A DNA stretch of 64,000 nt. Origin: a bacterium (GTDB lineage: Bacteria; Hinthialibacterota; Hinthialibacteria; Hinthialibacterales; Hinthialibacteraceae). The stretch is from NCBI GenBank assembly GCA_963662285.2, contig CAXXMV010000004.1:66351-130350 (forward strand). Direction: 5' to 3'. Of this stretch, positions 1-9,392 are shown piece after piece. The position numbers and the translations under genes are program-made. The notes beneath the pieces were generated by a model. The model was not told where the DNA came from and did not search any database. It saw only the letters and a program-made list of their open reading frames with translations. Positions within the stretch are counted from its first letter, which is position 1, and the number at the start of each line of letters is the position of its first letter.

Positions 1-4
1 GATA

Positions 5-1528
5 TTGCGCGGCGCCAAGTCGGCTGATGGGCAATCGCTTTATCTGGATACCGGTTTATCGGGCAAACATGCGGCATCGGCTCTGCTATCTATCGAGTGG
101 ATGGACGGAGCGAAGGGGACGGCTGAGACGCAGGAGAAATTCACGACGGATTGGTTTAACACGGTGGTGGTTGACCGGGTGTTGCAGCCCGCCGCTCCAG
201 TGAGTATAGATGAACCGCGCAATGGATTTATATCTTCGTGTAAGGTCTTTGAAGACGGCGCGACGTATCTTCAAGCCTCGGCTGCGGGGCAGTATACCGA
301 ACGCCCGGCTTATCCGGCGGATTCGGCGTCGAGTCCGGTTTTGACTTATCAGAGAAATCTGTATGTCGGATCGAAACTGGCGGTAGATATATTCCGGGTG
401 CGCGGCGGAAAGCAGCATGACTGGATTTATCATGCGCCGACGGATGTTGAATCGGTCATTGGCGCCGAGATGGCGTCTTTTAAGGCGGAGCGCAATGATT
501 ATGAATGGTTGAAGAATCCGGTTGAACCGGCTGTGGCGGCGATGACTAAAGGGGTGTATGGAGTTCAGTTCAAGGCGGCCAAGGGCACGGATCAGCGCCG
601 CCGGTTGTGGCTGGTTGATCCGGTTGGCTCTCAGTTGATCAAGTCGGTGCAACAGTCCGGTTCTTCTATAGTGTTGCGGCGTCAGATGAATGGTGATGAA
701 GGCGATGTCTTTGTCGCAGTTCATGAATTGATAGAGGACGGCAAGAAGGCGGATGTTGAGATAAAACCATTAAAACTTGATCCGGCGCCAAACCTGCGTG
801 GTTTTCAGGCAGTCGCATTCGCCGTGACTCAAGGAGATGAAGTCAATATATTTTTATCCAGTATGAATCCTGATGCGGAGTATTCCACCGAGTACAACGG
901 CGCCCGGATCGTCTTTCAGGGCGCTTTTGGACATGTGGAACTATCCAAGGGGAAATTGTCGCGGCTGCGAATGGTTGGCGGCGTATCATTGCGTTATGAT
1001 GCGCATGGTTTGAGTATGAAATCTCCCATAAGTTTGGGCGTTGTGCGTAATGTGTTGGTTGATGGAAACGCAATCGAGGTTGATTTCGATTACCGCATCC
1101 CGACAGGAGCGATGCTGGCGGGAAATTCTATCAATGTTTTGGCCAAACAAATAGCGCCGGTTATGTATCAAGCGGTGATAGTGGATGAAGTTGAGTCGAA
1201 GGATATTCCGCAAAAAATCAGGTTGCGGCATGGCGTCGCGCGGGATAAGGCGCATCCCGGTTTATGCGCGGCCTTAGAGACCGGGTCGAGGGTGATTTTG
1301 GAAAATGCCGCTGAACTTATTCGATTTGACGAGGATAAATATTCGCTTGCATATACCGCGCCGGTTGATGTTATGATTGAAAGCGCTGAGAAACGGCGGC
1401 GCGTGTTTATGATGACATCAAACATGATCCGTAGAATGCGGGGTGAACTCTCGGTTGGAACTATTCAGTTTCGTATGGCGCCTGATGAGAGCGTTGACGG
1501 GATGGTGGAATTTCGCCGCATTCCATAG
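5..1528 (+). CDS. C-terminal part of a heparinase II/III-like protein (5'-truncated by window edge)
   Basis: Long ORF open at the window start; 'FNTVVVD' and 'VDIFRVRGGKQHDWIYHAP' resemble the heparinase II/III-like beta-sandwich region. Confidence 0.55.
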   Translation: MRGAKSADGQSLYLDTGLSGKHAASALLSIEWMDGAKGTAETQEKFTTDWFNTVVVDRVLQPAAPVSIDEPRNGFISSCKVFEDGATYLQASAAGQYTERPAYPADSASSPVLTYQRNLYVGSKLAVDIFRVRGGKQHDWIYHAPTDVESVIGAEMASFKAERNDYEWLKNPVEPAVAAMTKGVYGVQFKAAKGTDQRRRLWLVDPVGSQLIKSVQQSGSSIVLRRQMNGDEGDVFVAVHELIEDGKKADVEIKPLKLDPAPNLRGFQAVAFAVTQGDEVNIFLSSMNPDAEYSTEYNGARIVFQGAFGHVELSKGKLSRLRMVGGVSLRYDAHGLSMKSPISLGVVRNVLVDGNAIEVDFDYRIPTGAMLAGNSINVLAKQIAPVMYQAVIVDEVESKDIPQKIRLRHGVARDKAHPGLCAALETGSRVILENAAELIRFDEDKYSLAYTAPVDVMIESAEKRRRVFMMTSNMIRRMRGELSVGTIQFRMAPDESVDGMVEFRRIP

Positions 1529-1605
1529 ATTCAGATGTTATTTATTGATTATTGCTCTTGATGAATTATGTTTAGTTGGTTCATACTCTAAAATAAAGCG
1601 ATGGG

Positions 1606-1639
1606 AGAATCGGGCAACCACAAGGGATTGCCCCTACGG
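1606..1639. repeat. GTAG-type REP-like palindrome, family A
   Basis: agaatcgggcaaccacaagggattgcccctacgg is identical to 2111-2144; the reverse complement has GTAG followed by a hairpin. Confidence 0.8.
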
Positions 1640-1696
1640 CGTTGGATTTGCGGTGTTTGTTTTTTTATAGGAAATGCTGGAGAGGGATGATTTGAT

Positions 1697-2011
1697 ATGA
1701 ATATTTTGCTGCTTGGATTGTATTTATTGAGTTGGGTTGCTGTCCCTGTGCATTGTTTTGATTTTGCATCAAAGCAGGATACGGCATTAACCAGGCTTGG
1801 TTCTTCTTTTGATGGCAATCTATTCGCTCAGGCTAGTGATGCAAAAACCGGCGCAAAAGAGGATCAACTGCTACCGGATGATAGCCAGAACTGGGGAGCG
1901 ATGATCGTTTTCGTGATTGGCATCGGGATTTTTCTGGCGGGTTATATGTATATCCGGGAGATGCCCGCCTCCGGGAAGAAGAATAAGAAGAAAAATAAGA
2001 AGCGTTTTTGA
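1697..2011 (+). CDS. small membrane protein (signal peptide, C-terminal TM helix, Lys-rich tail)
   Basis: Hydrophobic N-terminus, TM segment WGAMIVFVIGIGIFLAGY, tail KKNKKKNKKRF. Confidence 0.65.
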   Translation: MNILLLGLYLLSWVAVPVHCFDFASKQDTALTRLGSSFDGNLFAQASDAKTGAKEDQLLPDDSQNWGAMIVFVIGIGIFLAGYMYIREMPASGKKNKKKNKKRF

Positions 2012-2026
2012 GGAATGGGTGGCTTT

Positions 2027-2144
2027 GGTGGGCTACGCTTCGCTTTTAGCCCACCCTACGAGAAGAAACTTTGGGACGCGCTATCGCTTTGTCCAATCCT
2101 ACACGCTGTTAGAATCGGGCAACCACAAGGGATTGCCCCTACGG
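2027..2144. repeat. cluster of three REP-like palindromes (families B, C, A)
   Basis: ggtgggctacgcttcgcttttagcccaccctac (identical at 10873-10905); tgggacgcgctatcgctttgtccaatcctac; family A copy at 2111-2144. Confidence 0.8.
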
Positions 2145-2207
2145 TGTTTGGTCTTATATATTTGTCGGTTTGTTGTTGGAATTATGAGAGCAGGGTTTTG
2201 TTAAATT

Positions 2208-3386
2208 ATGATTTTGAGACGATTCAAACTGGTTATCCCCATCGGATTGGCGTTGGCGTCGTCGTTGGTTTTGTTGTGCGTTTGGTCGTTGGATAATTCA
2301 GAGAAGAGTTATGAATCCATAATTGAGCGCATCGCGTCTGCGCCAGTAGCGGAAGTTGCATCGCATATCGAATCAGCCCAAGCATATATAACATTTCAAA
2401 GCAAAGGCGTTTCTGCAAAACCGGGTGCAGAAAGCGCCCGCCCTATTGCTGATCTTTATTTTCAGTTAGGTAATGCCTTGCTGTCGCGTTCTGAAGATGA
2501 ATTGCTGGATATGGCGCATGAATACTATACTAAATCAATCGAGCTTTATCCCAGTTTGCACATGGGCTGGCCTTATTATCAAATGGGCAGGATATATGAG
2601 CGAAGAGGCGAGGATTTTTTTGGCAAAGCCGTAATTCATTACGCCATTGTGGCGCTGTATAATTCGGGCGACCTGTGGTTGAAATCGGAATACCGCATGG
2701 CATTGTTGAACCAGCGCATGAACAAGCCGCCCATTCAGTCAGAGCATCTTTATAATTACCTGCGCTATTCATCGCTGGATGTTAATGGGGACGCGGCGCA
2801 ATTTTCTGAGAATAGCCTGGATGATAAAGATGAGTCTTTGTATGTCTGCGCCTGTATTGCGCTGGCTACGGGCGACCTGGGGCGGTCGGGGGATTTGTTC
2901 GCCCGGTTTTTGAAGAAGAATCCAGCTGATTACAGTGCGCAGTATTATCTGGATAAGTGGGTAAAACATAGTTTGAAACCGCTGTATCCTGTGAGCGGCG
3001 ATCTGCTGTCATCCTGCTTCGCTCCCAAGGCGTTTCGTAATGGAGAGTTGCTGCTGGTGCATAATAACCTGATACGGGCGGACCTGTTTGTTCCTCAGTT
3101 GGATGGCGAAGGGCTTAATTTATCGGTTGAGATGGATAATCCATTTCAAAAACGGGTGCAGGTTTTTGCATCGCTCAATCGTCAAACGCAGAACTTTATT
3201 TTTGAAAAGGATTCCATCATTAAATTCGATGCCTGGTTTTCCGCCCCGCAACCACGCAATCTGGTTGAACTGCATATTATATTCGAGGACGGCGAGTCGG
3301 TTTCCGCTGGTCCATTATGGGTGAGAGTTCGTAAACTGCACGCCGAATTGTCATCGCCGGAGCGTCAGGCGGAGCGCAAACTGTGA
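2208..3386 (+). CDS. membrane-anchored tetratricopeptide-repeat protein
   Basis: N-terminal TM helix; TPR-like helices (YFQLGNAL...YYTKSIELYP, YYQMGRIYE); GTGA overlap with the flippase gene. Confidence 0.65.
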   Translation: MILRRFKLVIPIGLALASSLVLLCVWSLDNSEKSYESIIERIASAPVAEVASHIESAQAYITFQSKGVSAKPGAESARPIADLYFQLGNALLSRSEDELLDMAHEYYTKSIELYPSLHMGWPYYQMGRIYERRGEDFFGKAVIHYAIVALYNSGDLWLKSEYRMALLNQRMNKPPIQSEHLYNYLRYSSLDVNGDAAQFSENSLDDKDESLYVCACIALATGDLGRSGDLFARFLKKNPADYSAQYYLDKWVKHSLKPLYPVSGDLLSSCFAPKAFRNGELLLVHNNLIRADLFVPQLDGEGLNLSVEMDNPFQKRVQVFASLNRQTQNFIFEKDSIIKFDAWFSAPQPRNLVELHIIFEDGESVSAGPLWVRVRKLHAELSSPERQAERKL

Positions 3387-4795
3387 GTTTAATTTTACGC
3401 AACTCGATTTTCATGGGTCTGTTCAATATCTTCGGGCGGGCTTCCGGTCTGATTCGCTATCTCTTGTTGGTCTCTCTGCTATCCGCGGATTATTACTCCA
3501 TTATATCATACGCCTTCAGTTTCGGGCGGTTGGGGCGCCATTTTTCTGATGGCGGCCTGGATAACCTTATCTCGCGCGATGGGGCCCGTGACGTTAAAAA
3601 AGTGCCGGATTATATATTTCATGGTCTGGTGATGAAAGCGTTGTTGGGCGTCTGTTTTTTGTTCGGCGCCTATTTCTATCTTACAGTGGTGAGAGAGAAG
3701 GGCGCCTTTGAACTGGTGGTGATATACACCGCGTTGTGCGGTTCGCTAATGCTGTCGTTAACCGGAGTTCTACGCAGCGGATTCACCGCTATCGAACGAA
3801 TGGAATATCCGTTTTATACCAACCTGCCTTCGCGTTTTATCTCTATTGTGGTATTGGTTGGCGTATTGTATTGGGGCGCTCCATTGTTTTGCGCGGCGGC
3901 GGCGGTTTCGGTTGAGAATTTGATCTGGTTTGTTTTATTGGGTTCCGTGGCGGTGCGGTTTTTCTCTTTGCGTTCATCGCTCTCGTTGTCTACTATTGGT
4001 TATATGGTTTCCGAGTCGTGGTCTTTGGCTTTATATGGATTTTTCAATGTGTTTTATCTGAGTTTGGATGTAGTGATGATCGATGCATTGATGGGCATCG
4101 AACATGTGGGGCCTTATACCTACGCCAGCCAGTTGATTGAAGGAATTACTATGGTGGTGTCGGGATATCTGATCGCCATTTATCCTGTGTTATCGCGCAC
4201 CTATAAGACGGATGAGACGGCGTATCATAAACTGTTCCGTCAGGCGGTGGTGGTTTTGGGATGCATAACCCTGCCCGCCGCGACGCTGTTGGGCGTCTGG
4301 TCGTATTCGTGGATGGGATTGATTCCCCATAATCAGGCGGTGTCCGGTCTGGTGCTGAGAGTGTTGGCTATCACCATGAACTTATCCATGCTCAATACAT
4401 TGATTATCATTGTATTTACCTCACGCAACCGGCAGCGCTGGCTGGTGTTGTTTACCGGGGGCGCGGCGGCGATATCGTTTTTCACTAACTGGCTGCTTAT
4501 TCCAATTTACGGTCAGGCCGGGGCGGCCTATGCGTCTTTGATATCGCAATGCATTCTGTTTGTGATTATGGGGAGCATCGGGCTTAAACTGTTTAAGCTG
4601 CGTATTCCAGTGGGCAGACCGATGGCTATTTTGGCGATCTCGCTGGGAGCTGGGGTGGTGGTGTGGTTGATTCCGGGATTGCCATTGTATTTAGTTCCTG
4701 TTTTGTACGGGGTATTTCTTTTGGGCTTGGTCTGGTTAACCGGGGTGATGACGGTGGATGATTTTAATCGTCTGCGGAGGGCGACTAAATCTTAG
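3383..4795 (+). CDS. Wzx-like polysaccharide flippase (MOP family)
   Basis: About 12-14 TM segments; N-terminal 'ILRNSIF', 'DGGLDNLISRD', C-terminal 'LIPIYGQAGAAYASL'. Confidence 0.85.
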   Translation: MSLILRNSIFMGLFNIFGRASGLIRYLLLVSLLSADYYSIISYAFSFGRLGRHFSDGGLDNLISRDGARDVKKVPDYIFHGLVMKALLGVCFLFGAYFYLTVVREKGAFELVVIYTALCGSLMLSLTGVLRSGFTAIERMEYPFYTNLPSRFISIVVLVGVLYWGAPLFCAAAAVSVENLIWFVLLGSVAVRFFSLRSSLSLSTIGYMVSESWSLALYGFFNVFYLSLDVVMIDALMGIEHVGPYTYASQLIEGITMVVSGYLIAIYPVLSRTYKTDETAYHKLFRQAVVVLGCITLPAATLLGVWSYSWMGLIPHNQAVSGLVLRVLAITMNLSMLNTLIIIVFTSRNRQRWLVLFTGGAAAISFFTNWLLIPIYGQAGAAYASLISQCILFVIMGSIGLKLFKLRIPVGRPMAILAISLGAGVVVWLIPGLPLYLVPVLYGVFLLGLVWLTGVMTVDDFNRLRRATKS

Positions 4796-4828
4796 ATAAT
4801 AGAATTAGGTTAAATCGAAAGTTGTCGT

Positions 4829-4932
4829 ATCAAGGGCTGACCGCATTGCGGTCTTGCCCTTGGCGCCCGGCGCCCGCTGGAAATAATAGGTGATTTAATC
4901 AAGGGCAGAAAATACACTGCCCTTGGCACCCG
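4829..4932. repeat. two REP-like palindromes, family E (CAAGGGC...GCCCTTGGCRCCC)
   Basis: Copies at 4829-4868 and ~4898-4932; inverted copies at 61150-61189 and ~59756-59795. Confidence 0.7.
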
Positions 4933-4976
4933 TTTTAATTCTCCCACAGGTTTGGAGGATTTTAGGATAAAAGATT

Positions 4977-5987
4977 ATGAAAATATTTATTACCGGCGCT
5001 ACGGGGTATTTGGGCGGGAAGATATTGCGGGTTGCGCATGAGCAGGGACATTCCATTTGTGCGTTGTGCCGTAAGGCGCCTGAGGCGGGGAGTTTGCCGG
5101 ATGACGTTGAGCTTGCTTTAGGCGACTTGTCGCAAGCGGATGGATTGGTTGAGGCGTTGCAGGGGTGTGACGCTTTGATTCATACGGCTGGTCTGGTCTC
5201 TATTTGGCAGCGCGATCCCCGAGATTTTCACCGCGTCAATGTGGATGGAACGGTTATTCTTCTTGAAGCGGCGCGGGCGGCGGGCGTGAAGCGCGTAGTA
5301 TATACTTCGTCGTTCTTTGCGCTTGGCCCTACTGATGAAAAGCCGGCTGATGAATCGTGGAATAATCCCGATGAATCCTGTATGACTGAGTACGCCCGCA
5401 GCAAGACCATCGCTTTGCAGCGAGTCCGTGAGCAGATCGCCAATGGTATGGATATTATTCCGGTTTATCCGGTTTTGATTTATGGTCCGGGCAAGGCTAC
5501 TCAGGGCAATTATATAACCAAGATAGTGGATGATTTTCTGCACCGCCGGATTCCCGGAGTGTTGGGCGGCGGCGAGGGGCGGTGGACTTATTCTTATGTT
5601 GATGATGTGGCCAAGGGGCATTTGCTGGCATTGGAAAAAGGCCGCCGGGGAGAGAGTTATATCCTGGGCGGCGAAGATGCATCGCTTAATGAGTTGCTCG
5701 ATCTACTGCATGAATTGACGGGCGTTAAGCGGCCTACGATGAAGATTCCCAATTCGTTGGCTAAGGGTATGGCGTGGGTGGAAGAACTACGCGCCAGGAT
5801 GTCGAGCAATTATCTGCCCAAATTAACCGTTGAGGTGGTTGACGTCTATAAGCATAACTGGCGCTATTCATCGCATAAAGCGATTACAGAGTTGGGCTAT
5901 AGCCGGACTCCGCTCAAAGCCGGGTTGATTAATATTCTTGACTCGCTGGGCTTCACCCATCCCGATGAACGTAAGACTATGCTGTGA
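4977..5987 (+). CDS. NAD-dependent epimerase/dehydratase (extended SDR, HpnA/dihydroflavonol reductase-like)
   Basis: TGATGYLGG Rossmann motif, YARSK catalytic motif. Confidence 0.85.
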   Translation: MKIFITGATGYLGGKILRVAHEQGHSICALCRKAPEAGSLPDDVELALGDLSQADGLVEALQGCDALIHTAGLVSIWQRDPRDFHRVNVDGTVILLEAARAAGVKRVVYTSSFFALGPTDEKPADESWNNPDESCMTEYARSKTIALQRVREQIANGMDIIPVYPVLIYGPGKATQGNYITKIVDDFLHRRIPGVLGGGEGRWTYSYVDDVAKGHLLALEKGRRGESYILGGEDASLNELLDLLHELTGVKRPTMKIPNSLAKGMAWVEELRARMSSNYLPKLTVEVVDVYKHNWRYSSHKAITELGYSRTPLKAGLINILDSLGFTHPDERKTML

Positions 5988-6090
5988 GTTTTTGGTTGAA
6001 ATGCCGGGGATTAATTTCTATGACCGTATACTCTGCTTGGAGATTTATGGTATGATAGTTTGAGATTGAATATAACTATTTACAAGATAG

Positions 6091-6142
6091 GGTGGTTATT
6101 ATCAACCCTCTCCTGACCTCTCCCAATCTTGGGAGAGGAATG
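6091..6142. repeat. CCCTCTCCC...GGGAGAGG palindromic repeat, family D
   Basis: Near-identical to ~9336-9388; related copies at 14798-14886, ~15947-15981 and ~36596-36620. Confidence 0.7.
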
Positions 6143-6241
6143 CTTGAAATCAGGTATATTTAATAAGATAGCCAATCATATTCATAACCTAATTGACGTT
6201 TTAGGATGAATCAAACTAGAGTTGAAACAGAAGGGGAGATC

Positions 6242-7636
6242 ATGGGAAAAAATAAATTTTCACGCCGTTTGTTCTTGGCCGGTTCCGGCGCATCGCTGGT
6301 GACCGCAGGTTGCGCAACCACCAAAATCCGCAGCACTACGTTAGCCAAAAGCAATTATAAATCACCTAATGAAAAACTGAATATCGCCAGTATCGGCGTC
6401 GGCGGTAAGGGACGCGGCGATGTACATACCTGCAACAGCGAAAATATTGTGGCGTTGTGCGACGTTGATATGCGGCAAGTGGCCGGAGCGTCGAAGAGTT
6501 ATCCTAATGCGAAGCAGTATCAGGATTTCCGCGTCATGCTGGAAGATTGCAAAGAGATCGACGCGGTTACCATATCTACGCCGGATCATATGCATGCTTT
6601 CGCCGCCCTGCGTTGCATGGAGATGGGCAAGCATGTCTATGTGCAGAAGCCTTTGACCCATACGGTATATGAAGCGCGCATCCTGCGGCAGGCGGCGCAT
6701 AAATATAATGTGGCCACCCAGATGGGCAACCAGGGCGCGGCGACCAATTTGCACCGTGAAGCGGCTGAGGTGATATGGTCGGGTATGATCGGGGAAGTGC
6801 GCGAGGTGCATTCGTGGACCGACCGCCCTACTGGATGGTGGCCGCAGGGGATTCCTGACGCTTTGCCAGCGCAAGAGGTTCCCGATTTTCTGGATTGGGA
6901 TATCTGGTTGGGACCGGCGCCGTACCGGGACTATAATGTTGGATACTGTCCATTTAAGTGGCGCGGCTGGTGGGATTTCGGCTGCGGGGCGTTGGGCGAT
7001 ATCGCCTGTCATAATCTCAGCCCGGTTGTTAAGGCGTTGCGGTTGGAGTATCCCGTAAGCGTTGAATGCACCCATTTGAAAGATAACAACACCCAGACTT
7101 ATCCTACTGAATCGATTATTCATTATGAGTTCCCGCAGCGCGAGAATTTCGCGGCGGTTGACCTGTATTGGTATGATGGAAAATTGAAACCTGAACTGCC
7201 CGGTAACCCCGCAGATGATAATAAAATATTAAGCGACGGAACGGGAACCATGTTCGTCGGCGATGATGGCGTTATTGTGATGAATTCATCTTTAGGAAGA
7301 AATGTGCTGGTGGTGGATGGCAAAGAGGTAGAATACAAAATGCCCAGCCAGATTATCCCACGATTGCCGGATATCAAGACGGCGGATGGTAAACACTCTG
7401 ATAGCGACCGTATGCACAAGATGGATTGGATAAGGTCATGCAAAACCGGTTCGGTTTCGGGAACCAACTTCGACCACGCCGGTCCGTTGACCGAGTGGGT
7501 GGTGATGGGCAATGTTTCGCTGCGTTTCCCGCATCAGAAACTGGCCTGGGACGGCCCTAAGATGCGTTTCACCAATTTCAGTAAAGCCAATCAATTTGTT
7601 AGTAAGAAATACCGTAAGGGGTGGGAACTAATTTGA
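6242..7636 (+). CDS. Tat-exported Gfo/Idh/MocA oxidoreductase
   Basis: SRRLFL twin-arginine signal; IGVGGKG, TPDHMHA, QKPL, QMGNQG; start placed after the RBS at 6242. Confidence 0.9.
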   Translation: MGKNKFSRRLFLAGSGASLVTAGCATTKIRSTTLAKSNYKSPNEKLNIASIGVGGKGRGDVHTCNSENIVALCDVDMRQVAGASKSYPNAKQYQDFRVMLEDCKEIDAVTISTPDHMHAFAALRCMEMGKHVYVQKPLTHTVYEARILRQAAHKYNVATQMGNQGAATNLHREAAEVIWSGMIGEVREVHSWTDRPTGWWPQGIPDALPAQEVPDFLDWDIWLGPAPYRDYNVGYCPFKWRGWWDFGCGALGDIACHNLSPVVKALRLEYPVSVECTHLKDNNTQTYPTESIIHYEFPQRENFAAVDLYWYDGKLKPELPGNPADDNKILSDGTGTMFVGDDGVIVMNSSLGRNVLVVDGKEVEYKMPSQIIPRLPDIKTADGKHSDSDRMHKMDWIRSCKTGSVSGTNFDHAGPLTEWVVMGNVSLRFPHQKLAWDGPKMRFTNFSKANQFVSKKYRKGWELI

Positions 7637-7675
7637 TCCGCTTGGTTGGTGAAAGTTTTTTGAATTATATTAGAA

Positions 7676-7713
7676 GAGGGGAAGGATTTGGTAATCCTTC
7701 CCCCTTTGTTTTT
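7676..7713 (+). terminator. intrinsic terminator
   Basis: ggggaaggatt-tggt-aatccttcccc followed by a T-rich tract. Confidence 0.75.
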
Positions 7714-7869
7714 GTAGGAAGCGATTTTACACGATGATGGTTAAAAATCGTAAATGATTAAAAGATAAAAAGACTTGTAAATCAAGAGAAGGGTGGATTA
7801 TACTAATAGAGAACTTTATTGATCACCGTGCAAAGCATAAACATTTCACCTACCCTTGGAGAAGAAATA

Positions 7870-8124
7870 ATGGGAATGGTTAAAAAAAACATATCAGTAA
7901 CAGACCAACAAGATGGCTGGATAAAGGCGCAGATTGAAACCGGAAAATACGGCAATGAGAGCGAATTTTTCCGTGATCTTATTCGCGACTGTATCAGCCG
8001 CGATGCTGAAATAAAGTCAATTAACGCCGCGCTAGTCGAAGGCGAGCAAAGCGGCGTTAGTAATAAGACGGTTGATGAAATATGGCATGAGGCTGAAACT
8101 CATGATGGGGCGCAAAATGCCTAG
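7870..8124 (+). CDS. parD: ParD-family antitoxin (RHH)
   Basis: KNISVTDQQDGWIKAQIETGKYGNESEFFRDLIR...ALVEGEQSG; overlaps the toxin start. Confidence 0.9.
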   Translation: MGMVKKNISVTDQQDGWIKAQIETGKYGNESEFFRDLIRDCISRDAEIKSINAALVEGEQSGVSNKTVDEIWHEAETHDGAQNA

Positions 8125-8416
8125 GTATCGGCTTACGAAAAAAGCCGAAAATGACTTATTCGAACTAGCGTTGTATGGCATTCAGCAATTTGGCGTAGAG
8201 CGATCCAGAAAGTATCGCGACCAGCTGAAGCAGCGTTTTGAAGAATTGGCGCAACAGCCAGAGCAATACCCCTTGGTTACGCATATTAGAAAGGATTATA
8301 GGCGCAGTGTGTGCGGCGTACATTCGATTTACTATCGGATAGATAACGAAGGCGTTGAAATTGTACGCGTATTAGGCCGACAAGACCTTGTGAAGGAACT
8401 TTATTCGAAAGAATAA
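8117..8416 (+). CDS. parE: ParE-family toxin
   Basis: YRLTKKAENDL...QQFG...YRRSVCGVHSIYYRI...EIVRVLGRQD. Confidence 0.9.
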   Translation: MPRYRLTKKAENDLFELALYGIQQFGVERSRKYRDQLKQRFEELAQQPEQYPLVTHIRKDYRRSVCGVHSIYYRIDNEGVEIVRVLGRQDLVKELYSKE

Positions 8417-8430
8417 AATTGTTGAATCAT

Positions 8431-8462
8431 AAAAAAAGCCCTGGAGTAATCCAGGGCTTTTT
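8431..8462. terminator. bidirectional intrinsic terminator
   Basis: aaaaaaagccctgga-gtaa-tccagggcttttt. Confidence 0.8.
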
Positions 8463-8632
8463 GGTTTTGCGATGGGACACGCTTGCGCTTTGTACTACAG
8501 CATTATTTACCGCTAATTGTATTTTCCCCTTGCGCATTCATGTTGTATTTAAGAGAATAAACTGGAGTTTGAAACATGAAACTTAAACACTCTGTTTTAT
8601 AAGTGTTTATTTGTTAGGAATGGATTAGCAAA

Positions 8633-9193
8633 ATGAAGTCAGAGCGGGCATTCACCTTAATTGAATTACTTATCGTTGTGGCGATTATCGGGATTTTGGC
8701 GGCTATCGCGGTGCCGAATTTCCTGAACGCGCAAATCCGGGCCAAGGTATCGAAAACCGAAGCGGAGATGAGTTCTTATGTAACTGCAGCGGAAATGTAC
8801 CGGCTGGATAACAACGATTATCATCCGCACAACCATACTCCTTGGCAGAATAAGTATCTGACCACGCCGATTGCTTATTTCGCTTCCGTTCCCAGAGATA
8901 TTTTTGAAAAAGAGAATATCAGCAACGCCTGGACTTTGAAATATGGAGAATATCATCTGGAACGGATTTATTATCCGGATGGCAGTCTCTGGTTGGATCC
9001 ACGGCTTCGGGTGCCCAACAACCCGGCAGTTATGCAGCGGGGATTAAAAAATAAGCCCTACGCCTATGAACTGTGGAGCGTGGGTCCTAATGGCGTACTC
9101 GATTTCAATGTGAATGGGATTGTTGGTTTCACTTTTTATATGGCGAGCAATGGTATGACCAGCATCGGCGATCTGGTATGGATCCGACCATGA
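8633..9193 (+). CDS. prepilin-type N-terminal cleavage/methylation protein (GspG-like)
   Basis: AFTLIELLIVVAIIGILAAIAVPNF; WSVGP motif; paralog at 37214. Confidence 0.85.
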   Translation: MKSERAFTLIELLIVVAIIGILAAIAVPNFLNAQIRAKVSKTEAEMSSYVTAAEMYRLDNNDYHPHNHTPWQNKYLTTPIAYFASVPRDIFEKENISNAWTLKYGEYHLERIYYPDGSLWLDPRLRVPNNPAVMQRGLKNKPYAYELWSVGPNGVLDFNVNGIVGFTFYMASNGMTSIGDLVWIRP

Positions 9194-9240
9194 TTTAGCA
9201 TGCAAACATAGAAAACCAAGGTGATTTAAGTCCCATCCCC

Positions 9241-9388
9241 GTAGGGTGGGTCGCGTTTTTTGACCCACCTAATTAATTATTATCGGTAGTAAAATGGTGG
9301 GCTACGCCGCTTCGCGGCTTTTAGCCCACCCTACTGGGTGGTTGTTATCAACCTTCTCCTGGCCTCTCCCAGTCTTGGGAGAGGAATA
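9241..9388. repeat. inverted REP doublet (REPIN-like) plus a family D repeat
   Basis: gtagggtgggtc...gacccacc (9241-9269) faces ggtgggct...agcccaccctac (9296-9334), then family D; lies between convergent genes. Confidence 0.75.
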
Positions 9389-9392
9389 CTCT

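Noticed and set aside
2015-2296. 93-aa ORF, and similar short ORFs at 1443, 11987 and 13759
   Set aside because: Largely translations of REP-like repeats or overlaps with real genes
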